Positions 1 to 11,800 of a DNA stretch of 64,000 nucleotides are shown here, piece after piece. This DNA comes from Dipteris shenzhenensis (lineage: Eukaryota), in assembly GCA_047967505.1 (NCBI GenBank), contig CM106538.1; one strand, written 5' to 3'. A program made the translations under genes and the position numbers. The notes beneath the pieces are model-generated. The model was not told where the DNA came from. It made no database searches and was given only the letters and a program-made list of their open reading frames with translations. Numbering within the stretch: position 1 is the stretch's first letter; each line of letters opens with the position of its first letter.

Positions 1-2018
1 TCTTGCAACAAGAGTTCTACCAACTCGTGAAAAGAGAGAGGATTGCTACCCCCCCTCAATGACAAATTCAGTGAGGTATGGAAACCGAGATAGGACTGCG
101 GAAGAGAATTAAGAGTGGTGGTATTCATCTCTGAATCCGGAATAATCTCATGTATATTCAGCAACTGTTCCCTCAAATCCTGGAGTTTTGTGAGGTGAGC
201 ATTCATGGAATCTCCCTCATCCATGTGTGTATGAGATAGCGCTCTCTTTAGGAATGAGACTCTGGCATCATTTCTTGCTGCAAACATGCTCTCTAAAATA
301 TCCCAAGCTGCCCTCGATGTCTTGCGCATGACCGAATGTGAGGAATGATAAACCTCTTGATAGAAAGGGAAATAACTAAAAGAGCCTGTGCATCTCGTGA
401 ATCCCACCTTTTCTGTTATGCTGTGGGAGCCACCAAAGTAACATCTGTTGCTCCTACCACTTGTCTTGCACTTTGACCTCTAGCCTTGCCTCCATCTGTA
501 GGAGTGACAGGTGTAGCCATAGTTTCTGGCCTTGTCTCATCTCCATTGACATAATCCTAGAGATGTCTGCCAACTAGAATGTTGCGCGCCATAAAGCTCC
601 ATAAGGAGTAGTTGGTGCCATCCTACTTATCCTCCTATGTGAGGACTCCAAAGACCTCATTGGGATTGTTCTGAGCCATATTTGCCAGACAACTAAAAAA
701 TGCAGCAAACTAGACAAGTGCAATCCCTTCCTGGGGTGTAAAATGCACAGTTGGAATCTGTAAAAAATCTGCCCAAAATGCCAATTGCTGTCACAGTCTA
801 TCAAAGGCTTGAAATGCACCAAAATGCTTTGCAAATGCCCAAAATCTGCAAAATATATCTGCAAAAAGTGGCAAATGTCTACAATGTGACTCAAACTGAG
901 TCCAAAACTGCTTGCAAAGCTCCCAAATGATTTGTCCACTGCCAAATTGTATCCTTAATGCAAAAGCCCCAAATTCCTGCAAGAAATTGCAACTGAAAGA
1001 GGGCAAATCGACCAAAAGCCCCAAATTTTACAATTATCTACAAAAGCCCCATATTTTGTTTGCAAGATTGCAAGCAGAACCAAAAAGCCCCAAATTTCTG
1101 GAGCAGATTCTGCAACCTGACTGCAATGCCTGCAACAAATAAAATGCCCCAAATTCTCTGCAAAATCTAAGCCAGACAATGGCTATGTGCAAAGTGCACC
1201 TGCCAAAATCACCTACTAAGGAAAACCTGCAAGGAAAAGAAAACTTGGTCAAAGTACAAACTCCTACGAAAGTACTGAACTGACAGTACAGTAAATGTAA
1301 GGACAGTACATGCATATACGGCCTGTACGTCGAAATCCATACGAATGTATGGTGCAGGTGTGTGCGGACGCATGGCGAGTGGTTTTTGTACAGTTGTACG
1401 GACTGTACGGGCGAGCTTCTGTAGGAATGTATGGAGCTGGAGCTGGAGCCGTACGGGCTGTATGGCTGATGCTGTATGACGACTGTACGGACGGTGTACG
1501 GGCGTTCGATCGAACTGCATGAATGTACGGGCGATCTCTCATGTGTGGTACGGCTCTGATTGTGCAGCGTGTACGGAAATGTTGAGGCGTACAGAATGCT
1601 GGTACGGACGGTGCTGCATGGACGGGCTGTACGGGACAGTACGACAATTGAGTATAGGACTGTACGGCCAAAATGGTGATAGATTTCCATACAGTCGTAC
1701 AGGCAACGAGGTATTGGCTGAAGCTTTGAGATGCCGGCGTGGAAGAGTGAGAGCAGATGTAGGAACAACCTATTCTGATACCAAATGTGAGAGTGGAGGA
1801 AGCAAGAAGCAAGAGTGTGAGAGCAAGAGCAAAAATGTAGGATTGCAATAGAAGAGATAAGGTGAGTACAAGTGAGGAGATGGTTTTGTCCAAGTGACAA
1901 AACCATACTAACCCACTAACTGTGGTTAGGGGGAAAAACCTCCTAATGAGGAAAAGTGCCCCTAACTCACTTATGGATTACATTGGCCACTGCCTAGAAT
2001 ATGCCAATAATTCTAACA
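1..2018 (-). mobile_element. Ty1/Copia LTR retrotransposon, 5' part (5' LTR, PBS, repetitive leader, degenerate gag); continues left of the window
   Basis: LTR at 1786-2018 with TG...CA ends; Met-tRNA-type PBS (tctgatacca, revcomp TGGTATCAGA) at 1774-1783. The minus strand at 1-~580 translates to Copia gag-like text (AWDILESMFAARNDARVSFLKRAL...MDEGDSMNAHLTKLQDLREQL...LNSLPQSY) with stops/frameshifts. LTR and leader are homologous to 46910-48136. Confidence 0.9.
1786..2018 (-). repeat. Copia 5' LTR (233 bp)
   Basis: tgtgagag...ttctaaca, next to the PBS. Shares blocks such as 'gtggttagggggaaaaacctc' and 'aaaagtgcccctaactcact' with the LTRs at 44282 and 47863. Confidence 0.88.
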
Positions 2019-2719
2019 AAACCTTACTCCGTTCGTTGTCTTGACTCCCCGTCTAATGCGTTGTGTGAACACCTTCCTAGGGGGCTGAATTGATGCCAAA
2101 GGCTGAGACTGGTCAGAGGGCCACTGGGGGTGAGTGTCAGGCTGTTCAGAGGGGGCTGAGGAGGAGCTGTAGGAGGCTGAAGGAGGGAGGGAACTGAATG
2201 AGGAAAGACGGCTTGGAGGCCCCCTATTTATAGGGCTTTTGGGGCTGGTTGGCTGGCCCCATAAAGGTAGCCCTAGGCCCCATAAATGGCAGCCCTAGGC
2301 CCCAAAAATGGTAGCACTAGGCCCCATCAAGGCAGCCCTAGGCCCCATAAATGGCAGCCTAGGGAGGGGTGCAGGGTAGCCTATAAAGGCAGCCCTTCCC
2401 CTGCCATTCTCGTCACTTGTTCTAGCCCTGAGGGGGCCCAGAAGGGCTCCTATCCTAGGCTGGACCTAAACCTATCCCTAAACCTAAGACGGAAACACTA
2501 CCTATGGTTGTCGAGTGGGTAGTAGTGAACAAGGACTGATCTTCCGACTTGACTTAAGGCTGAGAGATTGACTTACGTAGCTTGTGCCTGACTGTCCCTG
2601 GACAAGGGCTCACAAAGGGGTCACAACATACGACAAAATCTTCTATTAGGGAACTATTACACACTTGTCGATGTAGCCAGTGTGTCACTTTGCACCCAAG
2701 TGCGGGGGTGCATGTGACA
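2019..2719 (-). repeat. Gypsy 3' LTR, interrupted on the left by the Copia insertion
   Basis: The minus strand reads PPT 'gttaaggagggaa' then TGTCACA starting at 2719. TATA-like ctataaatag on the minus strand near 2224-2233. No terminal CA before the Copia LTR at 2018. Confidence 0.75.
2255..2362. repeat. 21-22 bp minisatellite (~5 copies, ggccccataaatggcagcccta) inside the Gypsy LTR
   Basis: Tandem copies read directly. Confidence 0.85.
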
Positions 2720-4868
2720 TTCCCTCCTTAACTTGGCGGTAGGTTCATTGCTTCCAAGTAGTCTGCCAATATCTTGGGAAACTCTTGGAAAAAAATTTCG
2801 TCTAACAACACTGCTTAACGGGTACCTTGATCATGGAACTTGGTGTAAAGCTCCCGGATCCTGTGTCCTGACCCATGCTGGAATTTATGAAGAAGGATCT
2901 GTTGTGGCTGCAAAACTTCGGCTTCATCAAGAACTTCAGGTTGTTGCTCGTTGAAAATCTCTGAAAGAGGAGGTCCAAAATATGGCTTCAACCAAGTTAC
3001 ATGAAACACATTGTGCATAGTCCAACTGTCTGGAAGGCGTAACTTCATTGAGACATCGTTGATCTTTTGAATAATAGGGAATGGTCTGAAGCTCCTGAAG
3101 GACAGCTTAGGGCATCGCTTGCCGACCTGCTTTAATCTTTGCTTGATAATGCGTAAATACACCCTTTGTTCCTCTTTATACTTGACATTTCGTCTTGATT
3201 TGTTAGCCTGGCGCGCATACGATGCTTGAGCTTTGGCGATGCGGCTTTTCACGGACTTCGTAATCTCTGCCATTGATTCGGTGGTTTTGTTGGCTTCAAG
3301 AGATGGAGACACCCTTTGGGTGAGGAGTGATGTAAACTGCCGTCTAAATGCCGCTTCATAAGGTGTGCTACCAATACTCGAAGACTAGGTATCGTTCAGA
3401 ATGGCCTGCACAAGTGGAAGAAACTGCTTTGACTTTCCCTGAGCATCATGACAATATGCTTTCAAAATATCAAACGCCATACCATTATATTTTTCTGTCT
3501 CGCTGTTCGATTGCGAATGGAAAGCGTTGGACATCTGTAGCTTAGTATCAAAATTATCAAATAAGCCTCGCCAAAAGTTAGACGTAAACTTGGAGCCCCT
3601 GTCGGATGTGATGGTCTTTGGCAACCCTCCAATGGGATACCAATACTTGATAATTAAACGAGCTACATCTTTAGCGCTGGCCGTTTGTTTGTAAGGAATA
3701 AGCATACAATATTTACTAAAGCGATAAACAATAGTAAGACATTGAGTATTACGCATACCTGCAGATGCTAGAAGTGGTCCCATGAAATCCATACCTATGT
3801 CTTGAAAAGGACCGTCGGGGATTGGCAATGGCATAAGGAAGCCTGCCGCTTTCTTGTGGGAAGATTTGACCTTTTGGCATATCTGATAGCCGTATACGTC
3901 CTTTCACATCTTTGGCCAATAAAAATAGTACTCTAACTTCTCCAAAGTCCCGTTGATACCTCCGTGACCACCGGTAAGGGTGTCATGGGCATCATGAAGA
4001 AGCAACCGCCGTTTATCTTTGAGTACACATAATCTTTTCTTATAGAAAAGCCAACTGTTCTCTAATGAGTAATGGCGTGGAGCAAGCGTCTTGGCTAACT
4101 GGAACTGCATGCCAAACTCTGTTGACTCCGTCTACTGTGTCTTCATGCTATCAAGATTCTTTCCTTAGATTTCGAGCACGGTGGTCTGCTCAATAGTCTG
4201 GATGGAACCTTTCCGATTGAGAGTGTCTGCAACTACAACGGGGTTGGTTTTGCCAGGAACGAACTTGATCATTCCCCAAACTGCTAGAATATCTAGCTCC
4301 ACCGTTGTTGCCGATCGCTCCATTGCGCACTAGGCATTGTTTGAAGCCACTTAAGGGCTTGGTGATCTGTCTTAACTGTGAAAGTCCGTCCATATAGGAA
4401 AGGCTTCCAATGTTTTAATGCTTGGATGACACCGAGGAGCTCTCTATCATAAACTGAATAGTTCTTTTCGGCATCGTTAAGCTTTCTGTTGTAATATGCC
4501 ACGGGCCTATCTTCTTGCTGTAAAACTGACCCGATGGCGACATTGCTAGGGTCTGTGATTACTAGAAATGGATCCTCCTAAGGGGCGATCTTCATAACTG
4601 GTGTTGTCGTGGCCAGCCATTGCAATTCATGGAAGGTCTGCAAAGCTGTGCCTGTGACTTGAACTTTTTGTGTGCGTGTCTTTACCCCCTTGAGTAAATC
4701 TATAAGAGGGGTTGCATGTGTCGAGAAACCATCCATGTGTGAGCTGCTTGACACAAACTCACAAAGGATCGGATTTCGTGAGCCATCGTGGGGCCAGCCA
4801 AACTTGTGATATCTTGAATCTTCTCTGGGTCCAATCGAATCCCTTGAGCACTAATGATGTAGTCCAAA

Positions 4869-7800
4869 CATGATTGCAACCGTACGCGTACGGTCAGTTT
4901 TTCCGTACGGATTCTGTACGGCCGTACGTACGGATTTCCGTACGTGGCTTTTTTTGGGGTTAAAAAATCGGGATGCGTACCTTATATTGTTGCTGGGCTG
5001 CGATGTTCGAAATTCGAATCCGGATTCCGTACGAAAATATTGCAAGTTGCGAAGGCTTCCGTAGTACGTAGTACGTACTGTTCACGAATCACCGTCGACC
5101 GACGCTCTCAGCTCTGCTTGCAGCCTGCAGGCTGGCCGTTGCACACCGACCATTGCTGCCTCAAGAGCCTATTTAGGCTGACGTTTGCTTCTATTTAGGC
5201 AGGCTGCAGCCCTTTGCCCTCTTCTAAGCTTCTTCTGCACCTTGCTCAGTGCTGCCCTCTTCTTCAGTCCCGACTCCCGAGTCCCCTCAGCCCTTCACTC
5301 TTCTAAGTTCTAAGTTCTTCAGTTTGCCCTCTTCTTCAGCACCTTGCTGCCCTCTATTTAGACAGCCCTTTGCCCTCTTATACTTGCTTTGGAGGTGAGT
5401 GGTCACCGTACAGTTGCAGCCCGCAGCTTGCCTCTACGCTCTACCTGCTCCAAGTGTCAAGGTAAATGCAATGGCTGCTTTTTTTTCCTGTTTTGCAGCA
5501 AGTGCTCTCTCTTTAGTTGATGCCATCTAACAGGGCAGCCTGCAAGGACTTCAAGCCCTCTTTGGAAATTGTTCCTTTGCCCAATGCCCATTGCCTTATA
5601 ATTTATATGCCCTCTTTTGCAAATTTGCAGCTTGCAGATCTTACAAATGGGAAGACAAAAAGGACCAGAATGGGAATTTGTAGAGGCCTTGAAGCCTTTG
5701 GGGAAGGGCCAATTCACTTGTAAATGTAAATATTGCCCTCATTCATGGGATGGAGGACCGACCTGTATAAGGGCACATTTTCTTGGGATCACAGGCTTGG
5801 GGGTTGACAAGTGTACTGCTCCTCCTGAAAATGTGAAAGATACTTGTCGAAGATTGCAGGCAAAGGTGCCCCTAAAAACTGCTGCAAAACAGCTTGTTGA
5901 AGATGTGGCTGATTTGGGAGATGCCTCAGTGAGTGGTACTGCAAGTGGAAATGCATCTGGCAGTGCATATGAGCCAAAGCAAAAGAAGTTGAAGACGTCA
6001 AAGGGAACCTTGGAAAAGGCATGGGAGTCACAAGCAGGGAAGGATGCATACATTGCTCTCCGTCGTTTTTTCTTTGCAGAGGATATTCCTCATTGGAAGG
6101 TGAGGAGCCCTTATTTTTTGGAGATGGTTCGTGCCATTGGCCAAGTTGGGCCTACCTTCAAGCCTCCATCCTACAATGTTTTGCGCACAACGGAGCTAAC
6201 TAATGAAGTAGTATGCATAGATCAAGAGATGCTACAGTTTCGGGATAAGTGGAAAAAATATGGCTGCACCATAACTTGTGATGGTTGGTCTGACACTCGA
6301 CGCCGGCCTATAATCAATATTATGGTCTCATGCATATATGGTTCAGCCTTCTTGAAGTCCGTGGACACAAGTGGGCAGTATAAGTCAGGGGAGTACATCT
6401 TTGGGATACTGAAAGATGCCATTCTTGATGTTGGGGCTGAAAATGTGGTGCAGGTGTGTATGGACAATGCATCTAACTGTGTGCGGGCAGGAGAATTGGT
6501 GGAGGAAGAGTGGCCTCACATTTTCTATACTAGATGCACATGCCATTGCCTTGACCTCTTGTTTGAGGACATTGGAAAGCTTCCATGGGTAAAGCCAGTG
6601 TTGGTACATGCTAACATGATTGTGACATTTGTTACCCGGAAACACACCGTGTTAGCAATGTATAGAAAATTCAGCAAGAAGGAATTGGTGAAGCCAGCAC
6701 AAACACGGTTTGCTTACATGTTTATCATGTTAGCAAACTTGTTGGATGAGAGGGTATACAATGGATTGCGTCGCATGGTTGTCAGTGATGAGTATTGCAA
6801 GAAGAAGGTGTCACGCACTGTGAAAGCACAACAGGTGTCTTCTATTATATTGGGTGCTTCATTTTGGCAAGATGCAAGACTCATTGTGAAGCTTTGTGCA
6901 CCTATTTTGAAGATCCTTCGCCTGGCTGATAGGGAAGGGGCTACCATGGGACTTGTATATGAACTCACTGATCGGATGGTCGAGAAGATGGCAACTATTG
7001 ATGGGATTGAATCCTCAAAGCTGGCTGATGTTAGAGCCTTATGTGTTGACAGGTGGAATATGTTGCATTCTCCATTGCATGCGGCAGCGTTTGTTCTCCA
7101 TCCTATTTGGAGAAGAGAGAAAAATCCAGATAGTGACAAGGAGGTGCACGATGGGTGGATGGATGCCATAGAGCGGTACACCAAGTATGATGTTGACAGC
7201 CAAGGCACCTTATGTGATGAGTTGGATATTTACAAATCCATGTCAGGCACATTTGCTCGTGCGATTGCAAAGGATGAAAAGAGAATGCACCAAGGGGTGA
7301 AATGGTGGGAGACATTTGGGGCTCACACACCAAATTTACAGCGGTTAGCTCTTCGAGTGCTCTCGCAAGGCACATGTGCTTCTCCTTGTGGGAGGAATTG
7401 GAGCACATTCTCTCTTATCCATACTAAAAGAAGGAATAGGCTGCTTCCAAAGAATACCGAGAAATTAGTATACATCCATACTAATTTGCGTCTCATTTCC
7501 AAAATCAAGGAAAGGGGATTTGAGAAGATAGAAGTGACCCTAGAAATGATCAACAAGGAGAAGGATGATGATAGGCTGCTAGCGAGGCAAGCAGATACAG
7601 AGGGAGAAGACATTGCAGCCCCTATTGTTACACTTACAGGAACGATGGATGCTGCTGCAGCTTCAAGCAGCTCTAGTCTTTTGGAGTTCCATGGCGAGGC
7701 AGATGAGGATGATAGTGATGAGGAGGAGGAGGAGGATGAGGAGGGTGCAGGCATTGATGCAGATGATGATGAGGATGAGGATGAGCAAGAGGATGAGAAT

Positions 7801-8312
7801 GAAGATGCAGCTTGAGGCTGTGGCACACTGGCAGCCTTTTCTTTATGATGTTTTTCCTTTCATGTTTTGGTGTAGTTACTAATACGGTGTACCTACTTCC
7901 TTTGAAGTTTGATGGTGATGTTTTGGACCTTTTGAAATTTGGTGTAGTATTGATTATTGATCTATGATCTATGATTCCATCTATGATGTATCAAAATCTA
8001 GAATCCAGATGACTACGGTCTCTGGAGGCTGGAGTCTTTCATGAATGAAGAATCGCGATTCACGACTCATGACTCATGACTCATGATTGACGACTTTAAA
8101 ATTAATACAATTATACAAGTTTCAAGTTTCAGTTTAATACCTCTGTGTCAATTTAATGTGTACAATGATCAATGATCAATCTATATTTTTCTGAAATTTT
8201 TTGGATAAAACTAGGGTCACGTATGTTTCAGCCCCAAGGGCTGAACCATACTCCAATCATACTTCCGTACTCGTATGACGTATGCGTATGGTAACGTATG
8301 GAAAAAACTATG
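4869..8312 (+). mobile_element. hAT DNA transposon 1 (3444 bp) inserted in the Gypsy RT
   Basis: 8-bp TSD AGTCCAAA at 4861-4868 and 8313-8320. Imperfect TIRs CATGATTGCAACCGTACG / CGTATGGAAAAAACTATG. Subterminal CGTACG/CGTATG repeats. Confidence 0.95.
5647..7815 (+). CDS. hAT transposase (BED finger, DUF659-type core, dimerisation domain, acidic tail), 722 aa, intronless CDS; predicted catalytic Glu replaced by Gly
   Basis: CKYC...IRAHF BED finger; CDGW, DNASN, CTCH and WW motifs; SPCGRNWS where the family has CERNWS. ATG at 5647 follows a likely 5'UTR intron acceptor (ttgcag ending 5637). Confidence 0.9.
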   Translation: MGRQKGPEWEFVEALKPLGKGQFTCKCKYCPHSWDGGPTCIRAHFLGITGLGVDKCTAPPENVKDTCRRLQAKVPLKTAAKQLVEDVADLGDASVSGTASGNASGSAYEPKQKKLKTSKGTLEKAWESQAGKDAYIALRRFFFAEDIPHWKVRSPYFLEMVRAIGQVGPTFKPPSYNVLRTTELTNEVVCIDQEMLQFRDKWKKYGCTITCDGWSDTRRRPIINIMVSCIYGSAFLKSVDTSGQYKSGEYIFGILKDAILDVGAENVVQVCMDNASNCVRAGELVEEEWPHIFYTRCTCHCLDLLFEDIGKLPWVKPVLVHANMIVTFVTRKHTVLAMYRKFSKKELVKPAQTRFAYMFIMLANLLDERVYNGLRRMVVSDEYCKKKVSRTVKAQQVSSIILGASFWQDARLIVKLCAPILKILRLADREGATMGLVYELTDRMVEKMATIDGIESSKLADVRALCVDRWNMLHSPLHAAAFVLHPIWRREKNPDSDKEVHDGWMDAIERYTKYDVDSQGTLCDELDIYKSMSGTFARAIAKDEKRMHQGVKWWETFGAHTPNLQRLALRVLSQGTCASPCGRNWSTFSLIHTKRRNRLLPKNTEKLVYIHTNLRLISKIKERGFEKIEVTLEMINKEKDDDRLLARQADTEGEDIAAPIVTLTGTMDAAAASSSSSLLEFHGEADEDDSDEEEEEDEEGAGIDADDDEDEDEQEDENEDAA

Positions 8313-8880
8313 AGTCCAAATACTGAATTTCCAGCAAGCCGAATTCACTTTTCTTTGTGTTGAGGTATACGGGGTTATCACGTAATAACTGTAGGGTACA
8401 TCGCACATTCTTAATATGTTGCTCGGCTGTAGCGAAAAAGATAAGGATATCATCGAGAAAGATGAACATGCACTTCCCAATATACTCTGCAAACACCTGT
8501 GACATTATCTTGTTGAATGTTAGTGGTGCATTCTTCAAATTAAAGGGCATGACGACGAACTCGTAATGAGCTCGCTCTGTTCGGAAAGTTGTCTTTGGGA
8601 TGTCAGCTTCAAAAAATCCGGATTTGATGGTAGCCACTCTTGAGGTCAATCTTTGAGAAAATTTTTGCACCATTGAGTTGTTTTAAGATGTACTCGATGC
8701 GGGGCATAGGAAACTTGTTGCTTACTATAAGCTTGTTGAGTTCTTTGTAGTCGACACATAGTCGTGCGGACTTATCCTTCTTTGCCACAAATAGAATGAG
8801 TGCATCAAAAGGCGAAGAAGTGTTGGACTCTCTTTGGATTATCCTTATGGGAGAATAGTTAGCTTCTCTAAGGTCCATGG

Positions 8881-11800
8881 CATAGTTCAATGAAACGTTT
8901 CAGAACGTCGAAACGTGAAACGTTTTGAAACGTTTCAAAACGTTTCAAAATAATAGGTGAAGTTTCAAAAAACCAAATTGTATTTTTTGGGTCCAAAAAA
9001 TATAAATTTTATGCATGCATACATTTGGTATGCCAAAACTGTGCAAAACTAGCTAAAAACATAGAAAAAGAGTCAAGACTTGACAGAAAGCCTATAATGG
9101 CCAATGGTAGAATAGATTATAGACTCCAGAATCCAGATTAGAAAACTCAATCAAGCCTTCAACTTTATCAACAAGCCTATAATGGCCAATGCTAGAAATT
9201 AGAATAGAGTGTAGATTACAAAGCTCAATTAAGCCTTTAAATTTTAGAAATTAGATTTCAGTTGAGTAGATACTAGAATCTAGATAGGTCGCAAAAAATC
9301 AGATTTCAGATTACAATTTACAAGCTCAAGAGTCAAGCCTTAAACTTTATCATATTTCAGTTTTCACAAGTTCAGGAATCACAACCATGGAGTCTGGACA
9401 TAAATCAAGTTCTCAGTTTCACTCTTGTAAATAGTCTGCTAGTCTATAGACTAGAACCTAGATTACATAACTCAAGAGTCAAGAGTGAAGGCATCAACTT
9501 TAAATTTCAAACAAAACTAAAGTTCAAACTCTACTGAAATCTGAAAGAAAGTAGCAAGTTAATCAGCAAGAATCAAGATCTGTAGGTGCTTGGGCTGCGG
9601 GCATCTTCTCCCTGGCCCTCAGCCCCCTCCTCCTCCTCCTCCCCATCATCACTATCAGAATCTGCAGAAGTGGATGAATCCTCTTCTGATGATGAGGAGG
9701 TCTCCTGTTCTTCTGGAGCGGCTGCTATTAAAGTTGGTTCTGTTCTCCCTGCTCGTCTGCCTGCCTGAGATCGTGTGGCACGTGCCAACGATGCCCGCTC
9801 CTCAGCAATGAATGCATATGCATCATCATCCTCATGCATAGGATGAAGCATTTCATCCTCAGGGACTTGCACACGTATCTTATCAGGATCCACCTCCTGT
9901 GGACCTTCAATGGTCTTCATTCGTCGAATAAGTCGTAGATTGGCATGGACATATACAAGCCTACCATACACCAAATGAATTAACAGTAAATACATGTAGG
10001 TTGTAGCATAACTATAATTCAAATGCTAATAATGAGCTGTGTGCTGAGTGCATATATGATATAAAAGAAAATAGATATGCTGAGGCCGGAGTGCTCACAC
10101 ACAAAATTATGAATTACCTGTCAAGTTGTCCAGTGCCTAGTCTATTCCTTTTTTTAGTGTGTATAAGTGAGAACACACTCCAATTCCTTTCACAGGCGCT
10201 AGATGAGCAATCTTGTGAAAGGACTCGGAGGGCAATGCGCTTCAACTCCGGCGTGCCCCGACCATACTTCTCCCACCAGGTAACAGGCCTCAACTGACCA
10301 TCACGGAGACATGCACGAGCTGATCCAAACTCCCCAAAGGAGTTCCTAAATGAGAGGAGTTGGTCCTCCAAAGCATCTTGCAATATTGCATCTTGATATG
10401 CACGTTCAAGGAAACCTGTCCACCCTGCAGTCAACTCAGCATCATCCGATTGGGCCTCCCTCCTCCATAGAGGATGCAAAATGTGTGCTACTGCATGAAT
10501 AGGCCTATGGAACCATGTCCATCTTTTTTCCCACAAGGCCATAATCTCTTGCTCTCTGTAGGGTGCAAATGAAATATATTTAGGTTGCTGCAAACCTAGA
10601 ATCTAGATTCTAGATTCTAAATACAAATGTAACATCATACATGCAATTCCTTAAAGCTGCAAATAAGAAAATTAATTGCAGCCAACAGTGAATTGAAAGC
10701 CAAGATTCCTGATTTGCATTTACCTTGTTGCATCAAGCCATGTGCACCCTTTCAATGCCTCTCCAACCTTCTCCAGGAACTCATACACGAGTCCAATTGT
10801 GCATCCTTCTCTATCAACAAGTCGAAGGGTACTGAAAAGGGGCTGCACAATCCCCACAATCTCCTCAGCTGCATGCCAAAAATCACCATCAAACACAATG
10901 TCCTCAAAGGCACGTGCCTTTGGTTTGCTGGACTTATCCCAGCTCAACCATTCCTCACTGACTACCATGCGCCTTAAGTTAGGCTTCACCTTTACCAAGC
11001 GTGACAAGACTATAAAGAGATAGGCAAAGCGGGTCTTTGAGGGCTTCAGAATCTCATGGGAGCTATGTTGCCGAAAAATTGCAAGGGCTCTATGCTTCCT
11101 CGTCAAGAAAGTCACCATGCTCCGTGCCTTGTCAACCACCGAGGAAATCCAAGGAAGCTTCCCTATGTCCTCTATAAGAAGATCCAAACTGTGGGCAGCA
11201 CAGGGAGTCCAAAAGATATGCGGATAGTCACTCTCAAGTAGCGCACCCATGCGCTGACAGTTACTTGCATTATCTGTAACCACCTGTACTACATTCTGAG
11301 GCCCCACATCCTCTACTGCCTTCTTAATGTGGCTGTAAATGTACTCACCTGTATGAGATTCATTTGATGCATCTATGGATCTCAAAAACATAGTACCCAC
11401 GCAAGATGATACAAGAATGTTAATGAGCGGGCGCCTCCTGGTATCTGACCACCCATCACACAAAATGGAGCACCCGTATCTAGCCCATGATGCCTTAATA
11501 GGCTGCAGCTCCTTCTCAACTTGCAAGACCTCTGCTTTCAGCTCCCGAGTGCGTAAAGTCTCTGAAGATGGAGCCCTAAATGAAGGGCCAGCCTCAGCCA
11601 CTGCCTGAACGAACTCCTGAAAAGCTGGAGTACGAGCAAGGTTAAAGGAAAGGTCACACTCATAAAAGAGCTTGCGAGTTGCCCGACGAGCAGATGCAAG
11701 CAAAGTTGTGACCCAACTAGCTCGTAAAGTCCCTGGCCTGGGTGGTAACCTGGTTGAATTTGGAAACCTTGGAGGCTTCACAACTCGCACTGATGCCCGT

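Noticed and set aside
574-1906. Overlapping 100-290 aa ORFs in the Copia leader (also 47353-47993)
   Set aside because: They arise from low-complexity GTAC/TGCA repeats, show no domain motifs, and are not conserved as protein between the two related elements.
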